Shown piece after piece: positions 9,423 to 19,294 of a stretch of 64,000 nt of DNA; position 1 is the first letter of the stretch; each line of letters starts with the position of its first letter. Under the pieces are notes generated by a model. It was given only the letters and a program-made list of their open reading frames with translations, ran no database searches and was not told the origin of the DNA. The stretch covers positions 221,110 through 285,109 of the forward strand of contig JBGTBM010000010.1 in NCBI GenBank assembly GCA_041749335.1, given 5' to 3'. The stretch comes from Patescibacteria group bacterium (lineage in GTDB: Bacteria; Patescibacteriota; JABMPQ01). Position numbers and translations under genes: made by a program.

Positions 9423-10622
9423 ATGAAAAAATTCTTTGTGTTTATACTAACTCTCGGTTTTTTGTTTATTTCTTCTAATTTTGTGTTGGCGGAAAATAAT
9501 CTAGCCCAGCAAAATGCCGGAAAAATATTACTTCAAGTGCAACAAAACGGAGAAGCATATTATGTTTATCCAAATGATAATAAGCGATATTATTTAGGTA
9601 GTCCCGAGAATGCCTGGTCTATTATGCGTTTTTTTGGAATTGGGATCAGCAACCCTGATTTACAAAAAATCCCCACCGGAATCGACCAACGCATGACAGA
9701 TAATGATTCCGATGGCGATGGCTTATCAGATGATTTAGAAAAAATATTCGGTACTCATATGTATTTACCCGACACTGATCATGACGGTTATTCTGATAGC
9801 TTAGAAATACAAAATAATTACGACCCTCTAAATTGTAATGGCTATCTGTTGCCGATTGATTATACTTTTACTGAAAAGAAAAAAGGTAAAATATTTCTAC
9901 AAGTCGAATCACATGGCGAAGCTTGGTATGTTAACCCCCAAGATGGCAAAAAATATTACATGGGCAGACCAGCGGATGCTTTAAAAATTATGCAATATTT
10001 GGGCCTGGGTATTGCTGATCAAAATCTTAATTTAATCAATGAAAATAATTTAATTGATTTTAGCCCGGAAAACCTTGATCCAAAGTATCAAGATGCCGAC
10101 GTTACCCTAGATTTGAATAGATTAAATTCCGGCACTTATTCCGTAAATACTCATCCTAGTTATTTAGGACCCTCGGCAGGATATGCATGCTATCAATACG
10201 CATCTACAGAACAAATAAAATCCGGATATCACGAAACAGGTTCCTATAAATATAGCACTTGGGGTATGTTAGAATTTTATAATCCCCTTCCCAAGTCCCA
10301 TAAAGCAATAATCAAACTTCGACTTGAAGATAAAAATAAAAAAGTTTTGGATCAGATTAACTACCTAACAATTATAAAAGTTAAATATGAAAATCTTTCC
10401 GGTAAATTTGAAGGATACTGCAGTAAATCTCATGGATTTGAACATATGGTTTTCAGCGATGAAAAAATAAATAAACAAAACCAGTTATTAAAGGATGGCT
10501 ATTTATACTTAGATGTAAGTACTTTAGTAAACCAGGAAAGACCCCTGAATCAATTAGCCATAAACACGATTGGAACGGATTATACATTTATTAAAAATGC
10601 TCAATTACTATTATTTTATTAA
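9423..10622 (+). CDS. secreted protein with signal peptide, two copies of a ~50-aa repeat domain and TSP3-like Ca-binding repeats
   Basis: N-terminal signal MKKFFVFILTLGFLFISSNFVLA. Repeats GKILLQVQQNGEAYYVYPNDNKRYYLGSPENAWSIMRFFGIGISNPDLQKIP and GKIFLQVESHGEAWYVNPQDGKKYYMGRPADALKIMQYLGLGIADQNL. DNDSDGDGLSDDLE and DTDHDGYSDSLE motifs. Confidence 0.6.
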   Translation: MKKFFVFILTLGFLFISSNFVLAENNLAQQNAGKILLQVQQNGEAYYVYPNDNKRYYLGSPENAWSIMRFFGIGISNPDLQKIPTGIDQRMTDNDSDGDGLSDDLEKIFGTHMYLPDTDHDGYSDSLEIQNNYDPLNCNGYLLPIDYTFTEKKKGKIFLQVESHGEAWYVNPQDGKKYYMGRPADALKIMQYLGLGIADQNLNLINENNLIDFSPENLDPKYQDADVTLDLNRLNSGTYSVNTHPSYLGPSAGYACYQYASTEQIKSGYHETGSYKYSTWGMLEFYNPLPKSHKAIIKLRLEDKNKKVLDQINYLTIIKVKYENLSGKFEGYCSKSHGFEHMVFSDEKINKQNQLLKDGYLYLDVSTLVNQERPLNQLAINTIGTDYTFIKNAQLLLFY

Positions 10623-10727
10623 TTAATAGGATCAAAAAAAGCATAGCTATACGGTTATGCTTTTTTATTGATTGAAAAATAATTTTTTGTTGATATAATA
10701 AATAAAGATATAAATTGCTATCTTTTT

Positions 10728-11870
10728 ATGTATATCGGCAAAATTGAAACGGGTAAATCTTATAAAAAGATTATTATAGCATTTCTTTTAATCAGCCTTT
10801 TTCTAATTGCTTTTGTTTCCTATGCTTCCTTTTCTAAAGCGGAAATAAAGGTTAAACCGAAAAAAGAGGAAATTTCTATAGATTATGAAGTAAAAGTGGA
10901 ATCAAACCAAGATATTGATTTATCGAAATTGCAAAATATTAATGGCCGAGTTATTCAAGTTGAATTGGAAGAAACGCAAAAATTTACTGACGTAGCCCAA
11001 AAAAAAGTTGATAATTATGCTACCGGCACCATTATCATTATTAATAATTTAGGACATAGCCAGCCTTTGCTTCCCCGCACTCAATTAATGTCCGACTCTG
11101 GAGTTTTATTCCGAACAAATGACCGAGTGGCTGTCCCCGCCCACGGCCGAGTTGAAGTCGGAATAACCGCGGATCAGCCGGGTGCCAGTGGAAACTTGGA
11201 ACCCACCCATTTTACCGTCGTGAAAATATGGAGTGATTGGCAAAAATCTTTCTATGGGGAAAGCTCATCCCCTACAACCGGAGGCATCAAAGAGGCAAAA
11301 GTCGCCACCCAGGAAGATTTAGACAAAGCGCTAGAAAAAATAAAAGGAGATTTATATATCAAGGGAATTGAGCAGATTAAAAATCAGCTCAATCCATCCG
11401 AAGAAGTTATTGAAAAAGCGACTAATCTGGAATTATTAGAACACCAATATTCCATTGATCCTAATACCGAAACTGAAGAATTTGACGTTCGCGCCAGAAT
11501 AAAATTGACAGCCGCTATATTTAATGAAAAAACATTGATTGATTTAGGCGTGGCCAAATTAAAAAAGAAAATTTCCGCCAGCAAGGAATTTGTAGAAACC
11601 AAGCATGAAAAAACTGATTATGAAGTAATTGAGTATAACGTAGAAGAGAATTGGGCCAAGGTTAAGGTTCATCTCGAGGGTTTTATGATTTCCAAGCTGG
11701 GCAATAACGCCTTTGATAAAGATAATTTATCCGGACGCAACGCAGCCGAAATATTAACTTACTACGAAAATATGCCGGAAATAGAAAGTGCTTTAGTAAA
11801 ATTTTCCCCTTTTTGGGTTAAAAGCGTTCCCAGTTTAAAAGATCATATAGAAATAATTGTGGAGAAATAA
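10728..11870 (+). CDS. membrane-anchored protein with baseplate-J-like (gp47/TssF-like) signature
   Basis: N-terminal TM IIIAFLLISLFLIAFVSYASF. Region ATGTIIIINNLGHSQPLLPRTQLMSDSGVLFRTNDRVAVPAHGRVEVGITADQPGASGNLEP resembles the Baseplate_J pattern (IPAGT..., vFeT, v.VeAeeaGaaGNv) as I remember it. Confidence 0.4.
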   Translation: MYIGKIETGKSYKKIIIAFLLISLFLIAFVSYASFSKAEIKVKPKKEEISIDYEVKVESNQDIDLSKLQNINGRVIQVELEETQKFTDVAQKKVDNYATGTIIIINNLGHSQPLLPRTQLMSDSGVLFRTNDRVAVPAHGRVEVGITADQPGASGNLEPTHFTVVKIWSDWQKSFYGESSSPTTGGIKEAKVATQEDLDKALEKIKGDLYIKGIEQIKNQLNPSEEVIEKATNLELLEHQYSIDPNTETEEFDVRARIKLTAAIFNEKTLIDLGVAKLKKKISASKEFVETKHEKTDYEVIEYNVEENWAKVKVHLEGFMISKLGNNAFDKDNLSGRNAAEILTYYENMPEIESALVKFSPFWVKSVPSLKDHIEIIVEK

Positions 11871-11873
11871 AAA

Positions 11874-13649
11874 ATGAAGAATATAATAGATAAAATTGAA
11901 ATCTTAAGGCATTCAACTGCTCATGTATTAGCGGCCTCAGTGCTTAAAATGTTTCCGGAGGCCAAATTTGCCATTGGCCCAGCGATAGCGGACGGTTTTT
12001 ATTATGATTTTGATCTGCCTCGCACGCTTATTCCGGAGGATTTAGCTTTGATTGAAGCAGAAATGCAAAATATCATCAATAAAAATTATCCCTTTGAAAA
12101 AGCTGTAATCAATATCGATGAAGCAATTAATCTTTTTAAAAAGGCGAAACAAGACTATAAAGTTGAAATTTTGGAAGATTTAAAAAATAAAGGAGAAAAG
12201 GAAGTATCAATTTATCAATCAGATAATTTTGTAGATCTTTGCAAGGGACCGCATTTAGATTCTACCGGAGAAATAAATAAAAAAAGCATTAAACTCATTA
12301 AAATATCCGGCGCATACTGGAAGGGTGATGAAAAAAGAAAAATGCTGCAAAGAATTTATGGGTTAGCTTTTTATACCCCCAAAGATCTGAAAAAACATCT
12401 CGCACAAATGAAAGAAGCAGAAAAAAGAGATCATCGAAAAATTGGCAAAGATCTGGATTTTTTTGTTTTCTCCGACTTGGTGGGAAAAGGCCTTCCCCTG
12501 CTAACCGAAAAAGGTTCAGTGATAAGAAGAGAGCTGGAAAGGTATATAGTTGATGAAGAAATTAAAAGAGGATATCAGCATGTATATTCTCAAGATTTAG
12601 CTAAAGTAGATTTATACCGCAAGTCCGGCCATTATCCATATTATAAAAAGACCATGTATCCTTCCATGATAGTTGACGATGAAGAATTAATACTCCGCCC
12701 AATGGCTTGTCCCCACCATTTTGAATTATACAAATCGAAATTAAGAAGTTATCGCGAATTACCTTTGCGTATCGCGGAAATTGCCAAGTTATACCGGTAT
12801 GAGAAATCCGGAGAGCTTACCGGCTTAATCAGAGTTAGGGATTTTTGCTTGGCAGATTCCCATATATTTTGCCGGGAATCACAAGCCGAGCAAGAGCTAA
12901 AGGATGTTTTACAATTAATTGATGACGTGTCCAGAACCCTAGGATTTAAAAAAAATAAAGATTATCGCTATCGCCTATCCCTGGGCAATAGAAAGGATAC
13001 CAAAAAATATTATAAAAATGATCAAGCTTGGGATAAAGCGGAAAAAATATTGAAAAAGGTTCTCATCGATCTAAAAGCGCCATTTTATGAAGAAACTGAC
13101 CAGGCGGCTTTTTACGGACCCAAAATTGATATCCAGATGAAAAATTTCGCCGGCAAGGAAGATACCGCTTTTACCGTTCAATATGATTTTTGTATGCCGG
13201 ATCGCTTTGATTTGACTTATAAAAACGAAAAAGGTAAAGACGAAAGAGCAATTGTTATCCACAGATCATCTATCGGCTCGATTGAGCGCACTATTGGGTT
13301 CTTGATTGAATATTACGCAGGTTCCTTCCCTTTGTGGCTCTCTCCTATTCAAGTAGCCGTTATACCCGTTTCCGACAAATTCATAAAGCCTGCTCAAAAT
13401 ATAATGGAAAAATTGTTTGCGGAAAAAATCCGCGTGGTAATTGATGACCGTAATGAATCTGTTGGTAAAAAAATATCCGACACTATAAAACAAAAAATTC
13501 CTTACACTATAGTTTACGGAGACAAGGAAGCTAAAAGTAAAAATTTGGCTATTAGAGTAAGAGGATCAAAAGAAATTAAGAATCAAAAATTAGAGGACTT
13601 TATTAAAAACATTAAAAATTTAATTGATAATAAAAGTTTAGATTTATAA
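11874..13649 (+). CDS. thrS: threonyl-tRNA synthetase (lacks N-terminal TGS domain)
   Basis: 591 aa; starts in the N2/editing region (RHSTAHVLAASV); class II aaRS core and C-terminal anticodon-binding domain present. Confidence 0.95.
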   Translation: MKNIIDKIEILRHSTAHVLAASVLKMFPEAKFAIGPAIADGFYYDFDLPRTLIPEDLALIEAEMQNIINKNYPFEKAVINIDEAINLFKKAKQDYKVEILEDLKNKGEKEVSIYQSDNFVDLCKGPHLDSTGEINKKSIKLIKISGAYWKGDEKRKMLQRIYGLAFYTPKDLKKHLAQMKEAEKRDHRKIGKDLDFFVFSDLVGKGLPLLTEKGSVIRRELERYIVDEEIKRGYQHVYSQDLAKVDLYRKSGHYPYYKKTMYPSMIVDDEELILRPMACPHHFELYKSKLRSYRELPLRIAEIAKLYRYEKSGELTGLIRVRDFCLADSHIFCRESQAEQELKDVLQLIDDVSRTLGFKKNKDYRYRLSLGNRKDTKKYYKNDQAWDKAEKILKKVLIDLKAPFYEETDQAAFYGPKIDIQMKNFAGKEDTAFTVQYDFCMPDRFDLTYKNEKGKDERAIVIHRSSIGSIERTIGFLIEYYAGSFPLWLSPIQVAVIPVSDKFIKPAQNIMEKLFAEKIRVVIDDRNESVGKKISDTIKQKIPYTIVYGDKEAKSKNLAIRVRGSKEIKNQKLEDFIKNIKNLIDNKSLDL

Positions 13650-13663
13650 AAAATATGGATAAC

Positions 13664-13697
13664 AAAAAAACGTCTCAAATATTCAAGGCGTTTTTTT
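13664..13697. terminator. bidirectional terminator between convergent thrS and the cupredoxin gene
   Basis: aaaaAACGTCtcaaatattcaaGGCGTTttttttt: hairpin flanked by an A-run and a T-run. Confidence 0.4.
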
Positions 13698-13706
13698 GAT
13701 AAAATA

Positions 13707-15059
13707 TTATTTTGCCGCTTCTTCGACGATAATTGATCCGACCATTCCGGATTCTTTATGACCGGGAACTGAACAATAAAATTCAAATTCACCCACTTGT
13801 TTCGGAGTATATTCGATCGAGACAGTTTCTCCTCCCTGCACTTTTATATCGATACCTAATTCATCTACAGTAAATGTATGCGCCACATCCAAACTGGTAA
13901 GTTCCAGCGTTACTCTCTGTCCATTAACAAGTTTTATAGTAGCGGGTGAATAACCAAAACTGAAAGCCTTCACTGATACGGTTTGGACCGGAATAACTGT
14001 TCCTCCATCATTATCATCGCTTCCATCTAAAATATTAGAAGATTGCTGTTGAGCCTTAGTTAAAGAAAATGTCCCGGATGAAGCAGCTGGCCAATTAGAC
14101 GGCGTACTGCCCATAACATTCCAATTGCCGTTTATTTGTTTGGTTTCATTAGAAAAAATCCCCGAAAATTCCATTTTATATTCTCGCTCCGTTGCCGATT
14201 CATTCACTCCGGCCGCAGAGTCTACTACTGAAAAATAATTAATCAGCATGGCTTTAAAATTATTACCATCCTTTTCAAAAGTAAAATATCCGGTTACCCT
14301 GGATTTATAAGTAATATTTTGTGTGCTGCCGGGGAATACCAATGTACCCGCCATTCTATTATTTTCAGTCAAATTTAGTTTAAATTCAGAAGATTTCGCT
14401 ACTTCGGAAGAAAAAGCTCCCGACCAATCGCCCACAATTATGTCTTTTTCCTCTTGTGATAGATCCTGTTCACCTAATTTGCCTGGACCGGCAGGATTAT
14501 ATCCGGAATCCACTTCAGCTTTATCACTGTAGCCATCGCCGTCAGTATCTTTTTTATTGGGATCGGATTTGTATAAAACTATTTCGTCATAATCAGTTAA
14601 GCCATCTTGATCAGAATCCTGCTTTTTTAAAAATTCCATCACCGGCAGTAAATCCTGTTTGGTAGCATAATCCTTTAATCCCGCCTCAATGGCTTCAACT
14701 TTTTGTTCAAAAGTATCGATTCCCGAAAGATTATTTTCGATCGCATCGACCTTGTCAATCAAAGTATTAATCAAATTCTGATTCTTAATTATTTCAGTAT
14801 TTTGATCTGTATTTTTACTATCAATATCCGAATAAAATATAAATCCTAACACTCCCATGCCAATAATAAATAAAAAAAGTACGGCCATAAGTATTTTGGT
14901 AAGCAATCCACCCGTGCTTGTCTTTTTAGTTTTTGGAGCAATCGCCATCGTCGGCATTTGCGGTCTTCCCGCTGCTATTCCTTGTTCCATAGCGCTCTTT
15001 TTTTGAAACGATTGATCTAATAACTTGTTTAAATTTTGATTTTGATTTGTGTTTACCAT
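13707..15059 (-). CDS. membrane-anchored surface protein with TSP3-like Ca-binding repeats and C-terminal type-1 copper (cupredoxin) domain
   Basis: TM anchor LLTKILMAVLFLFIIGMGVLGFIFY; DTDGDGYSDKAEVD repeat; C-terminal LDVAHTFTVDELG...FYCSVPGHKESGMVG supplies the His/Cys/His/Met ligand set of blue copper proteins. Confidence 0.6.
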   Translation of the reverse strand: MVNTNQNQNLNKLLDQSFQKKSAMEQGIAAGRPQMPTMAIAPKTKKTSTGGLLTKILMAVLFLFIIGMGVLGFIFYSDIDSKNTDQNTEIIKNQNLINTLIDKVDAIENNLSGIDTFEQKVEAIEAGLKDYATKQDLLPVMEFLKKQDSDQDGLTDYDEIVLYKSDPNKKDTDGDGYSDKAEVDSGYNPAGPGKLGEQDLSQEEKDIIVGDWSGAFSSEVAKSSEFKLNLTENNRMAGTLVFPGSTQNITYKSRVTGYFTFEKDGNNFKAMLINYFSVVDSAAGVNESATEREYKMEFSGIFSNETKQINGNWNVMGSTPSNWPAASSGTFSLTKAQQQSSNILDGSDDNDGGTVIPVQTVSVKAFSFGYSPATIKLVNGQRVTLELTSLDVAHTFTVDELGIDIKVQGGETVSIEYTPKQVGEFEFYCSVPGHKESGMVGSIIVEEAAK

Positions 15060-15121
15060 TTTATATAATTAAGTTCAATATTATATAAATTATAGCATAA
15101 CAAGTGCCTTGAGTCAAAAAC

Positions 15122-17347
15122 TTATGCACTGCAATATGAATAGCCGCAACTAGGACAAGTGCTGCAACCTTCCACCTGCCGCATTTTTTTACCGCATTCC
15201 GGACATTTTACTGACTTTTTTCCGCCGTCAGAATTATAATTATTTTCTTCTGCGTTATTTTTCTTCGTCTTATTTTTCTGCGTACCAATATTCAAAACCT
15301 GCATTTCCCTGCTTTTATCACGATAAACCGTCAATCCCTTGCATCCCAATCTATAAGCTAAGCGATAAACCTTATCTACATCTTCCGCAGAAGCATTATT
15401 GGGAAAATTAATAGTCTTAGATACCGCGTTATCTGTATATTTTTGGAAGGCCGCTTGCATTTTAATATGATCTTCCGGATCAATATCCAACGATGTAACA
15501 AATAGATCGCGTACCCTTTGAGGAATTTCTTCCATGTCCTGAATAGAGCCCTTTTGGGCTATCTTTCTCATTAGCTCGTCACTATAGAATCTCTCTCTTC
15601 TGGCAATTTCTTCAAAATATGGATTAACTTCCAATAATTCATCTCCGGTGTCTAAAATGTTTTGTCTAACATAAGAAATGGCAAATAGAGGTTCAACGCC
15701 GGACGAACAACCCGCAATAATGCTAATTGTTCCTGTAGGCGCAATCGTGGTGGTGGTGGCGTTCCGCATTTTTATACCATCATTTTTATCATAGATACTG
15801 CCTTTGTAATTTGGGAAAGTTCCTCTTTCTTCCGCCAGTTCCGCCGACATCTTTTTTGATTCCACATCAATAAATTTCATTACCCTTTCAGCCAGCTTAA
15901 AAGCTCTTTCGGAATTATAAGGAATATCCAATTGTACCAGCATATCGGCCCAGCCCATAACGCCCATGCCGATTTTTCGATTGGCTTCCACCATTTGCTC
16001 AATCTCTTCAATTGGATATCTACTCATATCAATTACATTATCTAAGAAATGAGTTGCCGTTCTAACTACTCTCTTTAATATGCCCCAGTCTACCTGTTTT
16101 TTGCCGTTGACATCTACCACCATTTTAGCAAGATTAATCGATCCTAAATTACAGCTTTCATAAGGCAATAAGGGCTGCTCTCCGCATGGATTGGTACTTT
16201 CCAGTTCTCCAATATGCGGAGTAGGATTAAATTTATTAATCCGATCAATAAAAATTAATCCCGGTTCACCGTTCTTCCACGCCATAGTGACAATCAAATC
16301 AAATACTTTGGCTGCCGGCATTTTTTTCACTATTTCGCCATTGCGTGGATTAATAATATTATAATGGCCGTTTTTGATTACCGCCTGCATAAAATCATCG
16401 GTAATGGCAACCGATATATTGAAATTTGCCAGAATACCTTCTTTCTCTTTACAAGTAATAAAATCTAAAATATCAGGATGATCTACCCGCAATATTCCCA
16501 TATTGGCGCCCCTTCTGGTGCCTCCCTGTTTGATAACATCTGTTGCTTTGTCAAATACCTGCATAAAAGATAATGGCCCGGATGCTACGCCTCCGGTGGA
16601 TTTAACCATATCTCCCGCCGGTCTTAGGCGGGAAAAAGAAAAACCAGTGCCGCCGCCGCTTTGATGAATTAAGGCGGTATTTTTTATCGTTTCAAAAATT
16701 TTCGCCATATTGTCTTCAATCGGAAGTACAAAACAAGCCGCCAGCTGCTGCAAATCTCTGCCAGCATTCATCAGCGTAGGAGAATTGGGAACAAATTCCA
16801 AAGAAGAAATCATATCATAAAATTCTTGAGCGGTTTTTTCCACGCTAACATCTTGGTTATAAAGCGTTTTATATAATTTATCGGCATGGGCGATATTATG
16901 CGCCACTCTCTCAAACAGCTGTTTTGGATTCTCAATAACATTGCCTTCATGGTCTTTAGCTAAATATCGCTTCTTTAAGACCGTTAAAGCGTTAATATTC
17001 AATTTAATATCGGACTTTAACCCCAATATTTCATGTCTTATTTCTCTAAGTCTTTTGTGCCTTTGGCGGTATAAAATATATGCTTTAGCAGCGGCCGTTT
17101 GATCGCCTAAAATAAGCATTTCCTCAACAATATCCTGGATCTGTTCCACTTCCGGAATTTTCTTTTCATCAAAATTTTTATTTATTTTCTGTAAAACTTT
17201 ATCTGCTATTTCCCTAGCTTTTTTCCTGCTTCCGGTTTTGGTGGCATTCATGGCTTTAAAGATCGCGTTGGTGATTTTTATTTGATCAAATTTTACTTTT
17301 CGGCCATCTCGCTTGAGGATAAATGGTACTTTTACTTTTTTAGGCAT
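15122..17347 (-). CDS. nrdJ: ribonucleotide reductase large subunit, probably class II (adenosylcobalamin-dependent)
   Basis: 741 aa; N-terminal ATP-cone; catalytic [21 protein letters not shown]; C-terminal Zn-ribbon CPECGKK...[13 protein letters not shown]; no nrdB in the window. Confidence 0.85.
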   Translation of the reverse strand: MPKKVKVPFILKRDGRKVKFDQIKITNAIFKAMNATKTGSRKKAREIADKVLQKINKNFDEKKIPEVEQIQDIVEEMLILGDQTAAAKAYILYRQRHKRLREIRHEILGLKSDIKLNINALTVLKKRYLAKDHEGNVIENPKQLFERVAHNIAHADKLYKTLYNQDVSVEKTAQEFYDMISSLEFVPNSPTLMNAGRDLQQLAACFVLPIEDNMAKIFETIKNTALIHQSGGGTGFSFSRLRPAGDMVKSTGGVASGPLSFMQVFDKATDVIKQGGTRRGANMGILRVDHPDILDFITCKEKEGILANFNISVAITDDFMQAVIKNGHYNIINPRNGEIVKKMPAAKVFDLIVTMAWKNGEPGLIFIDRINKFNPTPHIGELESTNPCGEQPLLPYESCNLGSINLAKMVVDVNGKKQVDWGILKRVVRTATHFLDNVIDMSRYPIEEIEQMVEANRKIGMGVMGWADMLVQLDIPYNSERAFKLAERVMKFIDVESKKMSAELAEERGTFPNYKGSIYDKNDGIKMRNATTTTIAPTGTISIIAGCSSGVEPLFAISYVRQNILDTGDELLEVNPYFEEIARRERFYSDELMRKIAQKGSIQDMEEIPQRVRDLFVTSLDIDPEDHIKMQAAFQKYTDNAVSKTINFPNNASAEDVDKVYRLAYRLGCKGLTVYRDKSREMQVLNIGTQKNKTKKNNAEENNYNSDGGKKSVKCPECGKKMRQVEGCSTCPSCGYSYCSA

Positions 17348-17352
17348 TTATT

Positions 17353-17829
17353 TTACTTATTTTTTTTATATTTTTTAATTTTGCTATTTTTTAAACTGGC
17401 TAATTCCTTTTTAAATTTATCCGCGCTATCAAACGATTTATAGACGGAAGCAAACCGCAAATACGCCACCTCATCCATACCCTTGAGTTGATTGATGACT
17501 AAATTTCCGATTGTTTTGGAAGAAACCACCGGCTTTTTTCGATCTGAAAGTTTTTTTTCAATATTACTGACTAATTTTAATATTTCTTCGTGTCCAACCG
17601 GTCTTTTTTCACAAGAACGCTCAATTCCAGCTAATAATTTATTACGGTCATAAGCCTGCAAGGTTCCATCCTTCTTTCTTATTTTAAAATTCAAAAGCTC
17701 CATCTCTTCATGGGTGCTAAATCGAAACTTGCACCACAAACACATCCTCCTTCTTCTTATGATTGTGCCCTCTTCTAAAGCGCGAGAGTCTATTACTTTT
17801 GTTTCTTTTTTACAAATAGGACATTTCAT
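17353..17829 (-). CDS. nrdR: transcriptional repressor NrdR
   Basis: 158 aa; MKCPICKKETKVIDSRALEEGTIIRRRRMCLWCKFRFST Zn-ribbon plus ATP-cone; immediately upstream of the RNR gene on the same strand. Confidence 0.9.
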   Translation of the reverse strand: MKCPICKKETKVIDSRALEEGTIIRRRRMCLWCKFRFSTHEEMELLNFKIRKKDGTLQAYDRNKLLAGIERSCEKRPVGHEEILKLVSNIEKKLSDRKKPVVSSKTIGNLVINQLKGMDEVAYLRFASVYKSFDSADKFKKELASLKNSKIKKYKKNK

Positions 17830-17836
17830 CGTAAAT

Positions 17837-17885
17837 ACTATATATTGTGTAGTCTTTATAATTTTAATACAATATGTTCTATTGT
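17837..17885 (-). promoter_or_regulatory. putative tandem NrdR boxes upstream of nrdR-nrdJ
   Basis: actatatattgtgt (17837-17850; reverse complement acacaatatatagt resembles the NrdR-box consensus acaCwAtATaTwGtgt) and acaatatgttctattgt (17869-17885), 32 bp apart (about three helical turns). Confidence 0.4.
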
Positions 17886-17974
17886 CAAATTTTTATTTAT
17901 GGGCGATTTTAACCTAGTTTAAGGTAAATAAAAAAAGGTTTATAAAAACCTTTCCGGCTCTGTGGATAATTTAA

Positions 17975-18559
17975 TTATTCGGCGCTGTTGATAACTGCCT
18001 TAAACTTTTTCTCTTCCTCTTGCGGAGCTTCAAATTTTATTTGCTCGCGCAATTGATCATAATTAGGCATGTCTTTTACGCTGCTTAAGCCCAAATGTTT
18101 TAATAAATCCATTGATGCTTCATAAACGGAAAGCCTTAAATCTTCTTGGCTGGATTTTTTAGTTATCAGCCCCCTAATCAAAAGGCTTCTTAAAATATAA
18201 ATACAATTTACTCCTCTAATCATTTCAATTTCGGAGCGGCTAATCGGACCACGATAAGCAATGATTGCCAAAGTTTCTAAAGCGGCTTTCGATAAATCAT
18301 CCTGTAATTCTGATGTTACTAGCTTCTGCACGCTGTCCGCATTTTCCGGCGCTGATGCTAATTGTGCGCTATCACTTTTAAAAACAATTCTAAATCCACG
18401 CTGATTACTCTGATATTCTGCATTTAATTCATTAAGCAAATCGGCTACTTCTTGCGTTTTTTCTATCTTAAGAATTCCGGCTAATTTTTTATAACCAATC
18501 GGCTTACCTGATACAAAAAGCAAACTTTCCAATCTAGATTTAAGATTATTTTTATCCAT
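17975..18559 (-). CDS. scpB: segregation and condensation protein B
   Basis: 194 aa; LESLLFVSGKPIGYKKLAGIL ... ALETLAIIAYRGPISRSEIEMIRGV winged-helix ScpB signature. Confidence 0.85.
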   Translation of the reverse strand: MDKNNLKSRLESLLFVSGKPIGYKKLAGILKIEKTQEVADLLNELNAEYQSNQRGFRIVFKSDSAQLASAPENADSVQKLVTSELQDDLSKAALETLAIIAYRGPISRSEIEMIRGVNCIYILRSLLIRGLITKKSSQEDLRLSVYEASMDLLKHLGLSSVKDMPNYDQLREQIKFEAPQEEEKKFKAVINSAE

Positions 18560-18565
18560 GACTTT

Positions 18566-19279
18566 TTAATTTATTTCTCTTGATGATTCGATCTCAATAT
18601 CAGAAAAATTTGCAGATTGCCTAACCATCACAAGCTTTTGTTTAATTAGTTCCAGTAATGCCAAAAACGATACAATCGCATCCACTTTTGATTTTGATTT
18701 TTTTATAATACTATTAAACTTGAATTTTGTTTGTGCGGAAAGCATGGATTGGATATCTAAAATTTTTTCTTTAATTGATACCGTGGCTCGCACCGTTTCC
18801 TTCCGCAATCTTTCAAATTTATCCAAAACCCTACTAAGGCCCTGAGCGGCCAGCAGAATAGCATTTTGATCCAGCTGTTCACCGGGATAAAAAGCATGTG
18901 CAACATTTCCAATATAGGTTCTTTCAAATAAGCGATCTTTATTTTTATAAAGAGCGGCCAGCACTTGCGCCGCCTCTTTAAATCTTTTATATTCCCGTAA
19001 CCTAAGTTTTAAATCTTCAATGCTTTCTTCATCCTCTTCTTCAATTTCAATCTCCGGAAGTAAGGCTTTTGACTTCAAAAGAATTAATTTGGCCGCTACT
19101 GACAAAAAATCGGCTAAATTGGCAGGATCTATTTCCTCTGCCCTCTCAAGATATTGCAAATATTGATCCGCCACCTTAGAAAGCGATACTTCGGTAATAT
19201 CCATCTTTTCTTTCTCAATCAGCTCCAGCAGTAAATCCAAAGGCCCTTCAAATTTTTCTATTTTTATTCTATATGCCAT
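18566..19279 (-). CDS. scpA: segregation and condensation protein A
   Basis: 237 aa; FEGPLDLLLELIEKEKMDITEVSLSKVADQYLQYL kleisin N-terminal motif; adjacent to scpB. Confidence 0.85.
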   Translation of the reverse strand: MAYRIKIEKFEGPLDLLLELIEKEKMDITEVSLSKVADQYLQYLERAEEIDPANLADFLSVAAKLILLKSKALLPEIEIEEEDEESIEDLKLRLREYKRFKEAAQVLAALYKNKDRLFERTYIGNVAHAFYPGEQLDQNAILLAAQGLSRVLDKFERLRKETVRATVSIKEKILDIQSMLSAQTKFKFNSIIKKSKSKVDAIVSFLALLELIKQKLVMVRQSANFSDIEIESSREIN

Positions 19280-19294
19280 TTAAAATATTCCGGT

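Noticed and set aside
15122-17347. Class I (NrdAB) assignment for the RNR
   Set aside because: No ferritin-like NrdB ORF nearby, and the C-terminus is a multi-Cys Zn-ribbon rather than the class I CxxxxC tail. Class II is favoured but not proven from sequence alone.
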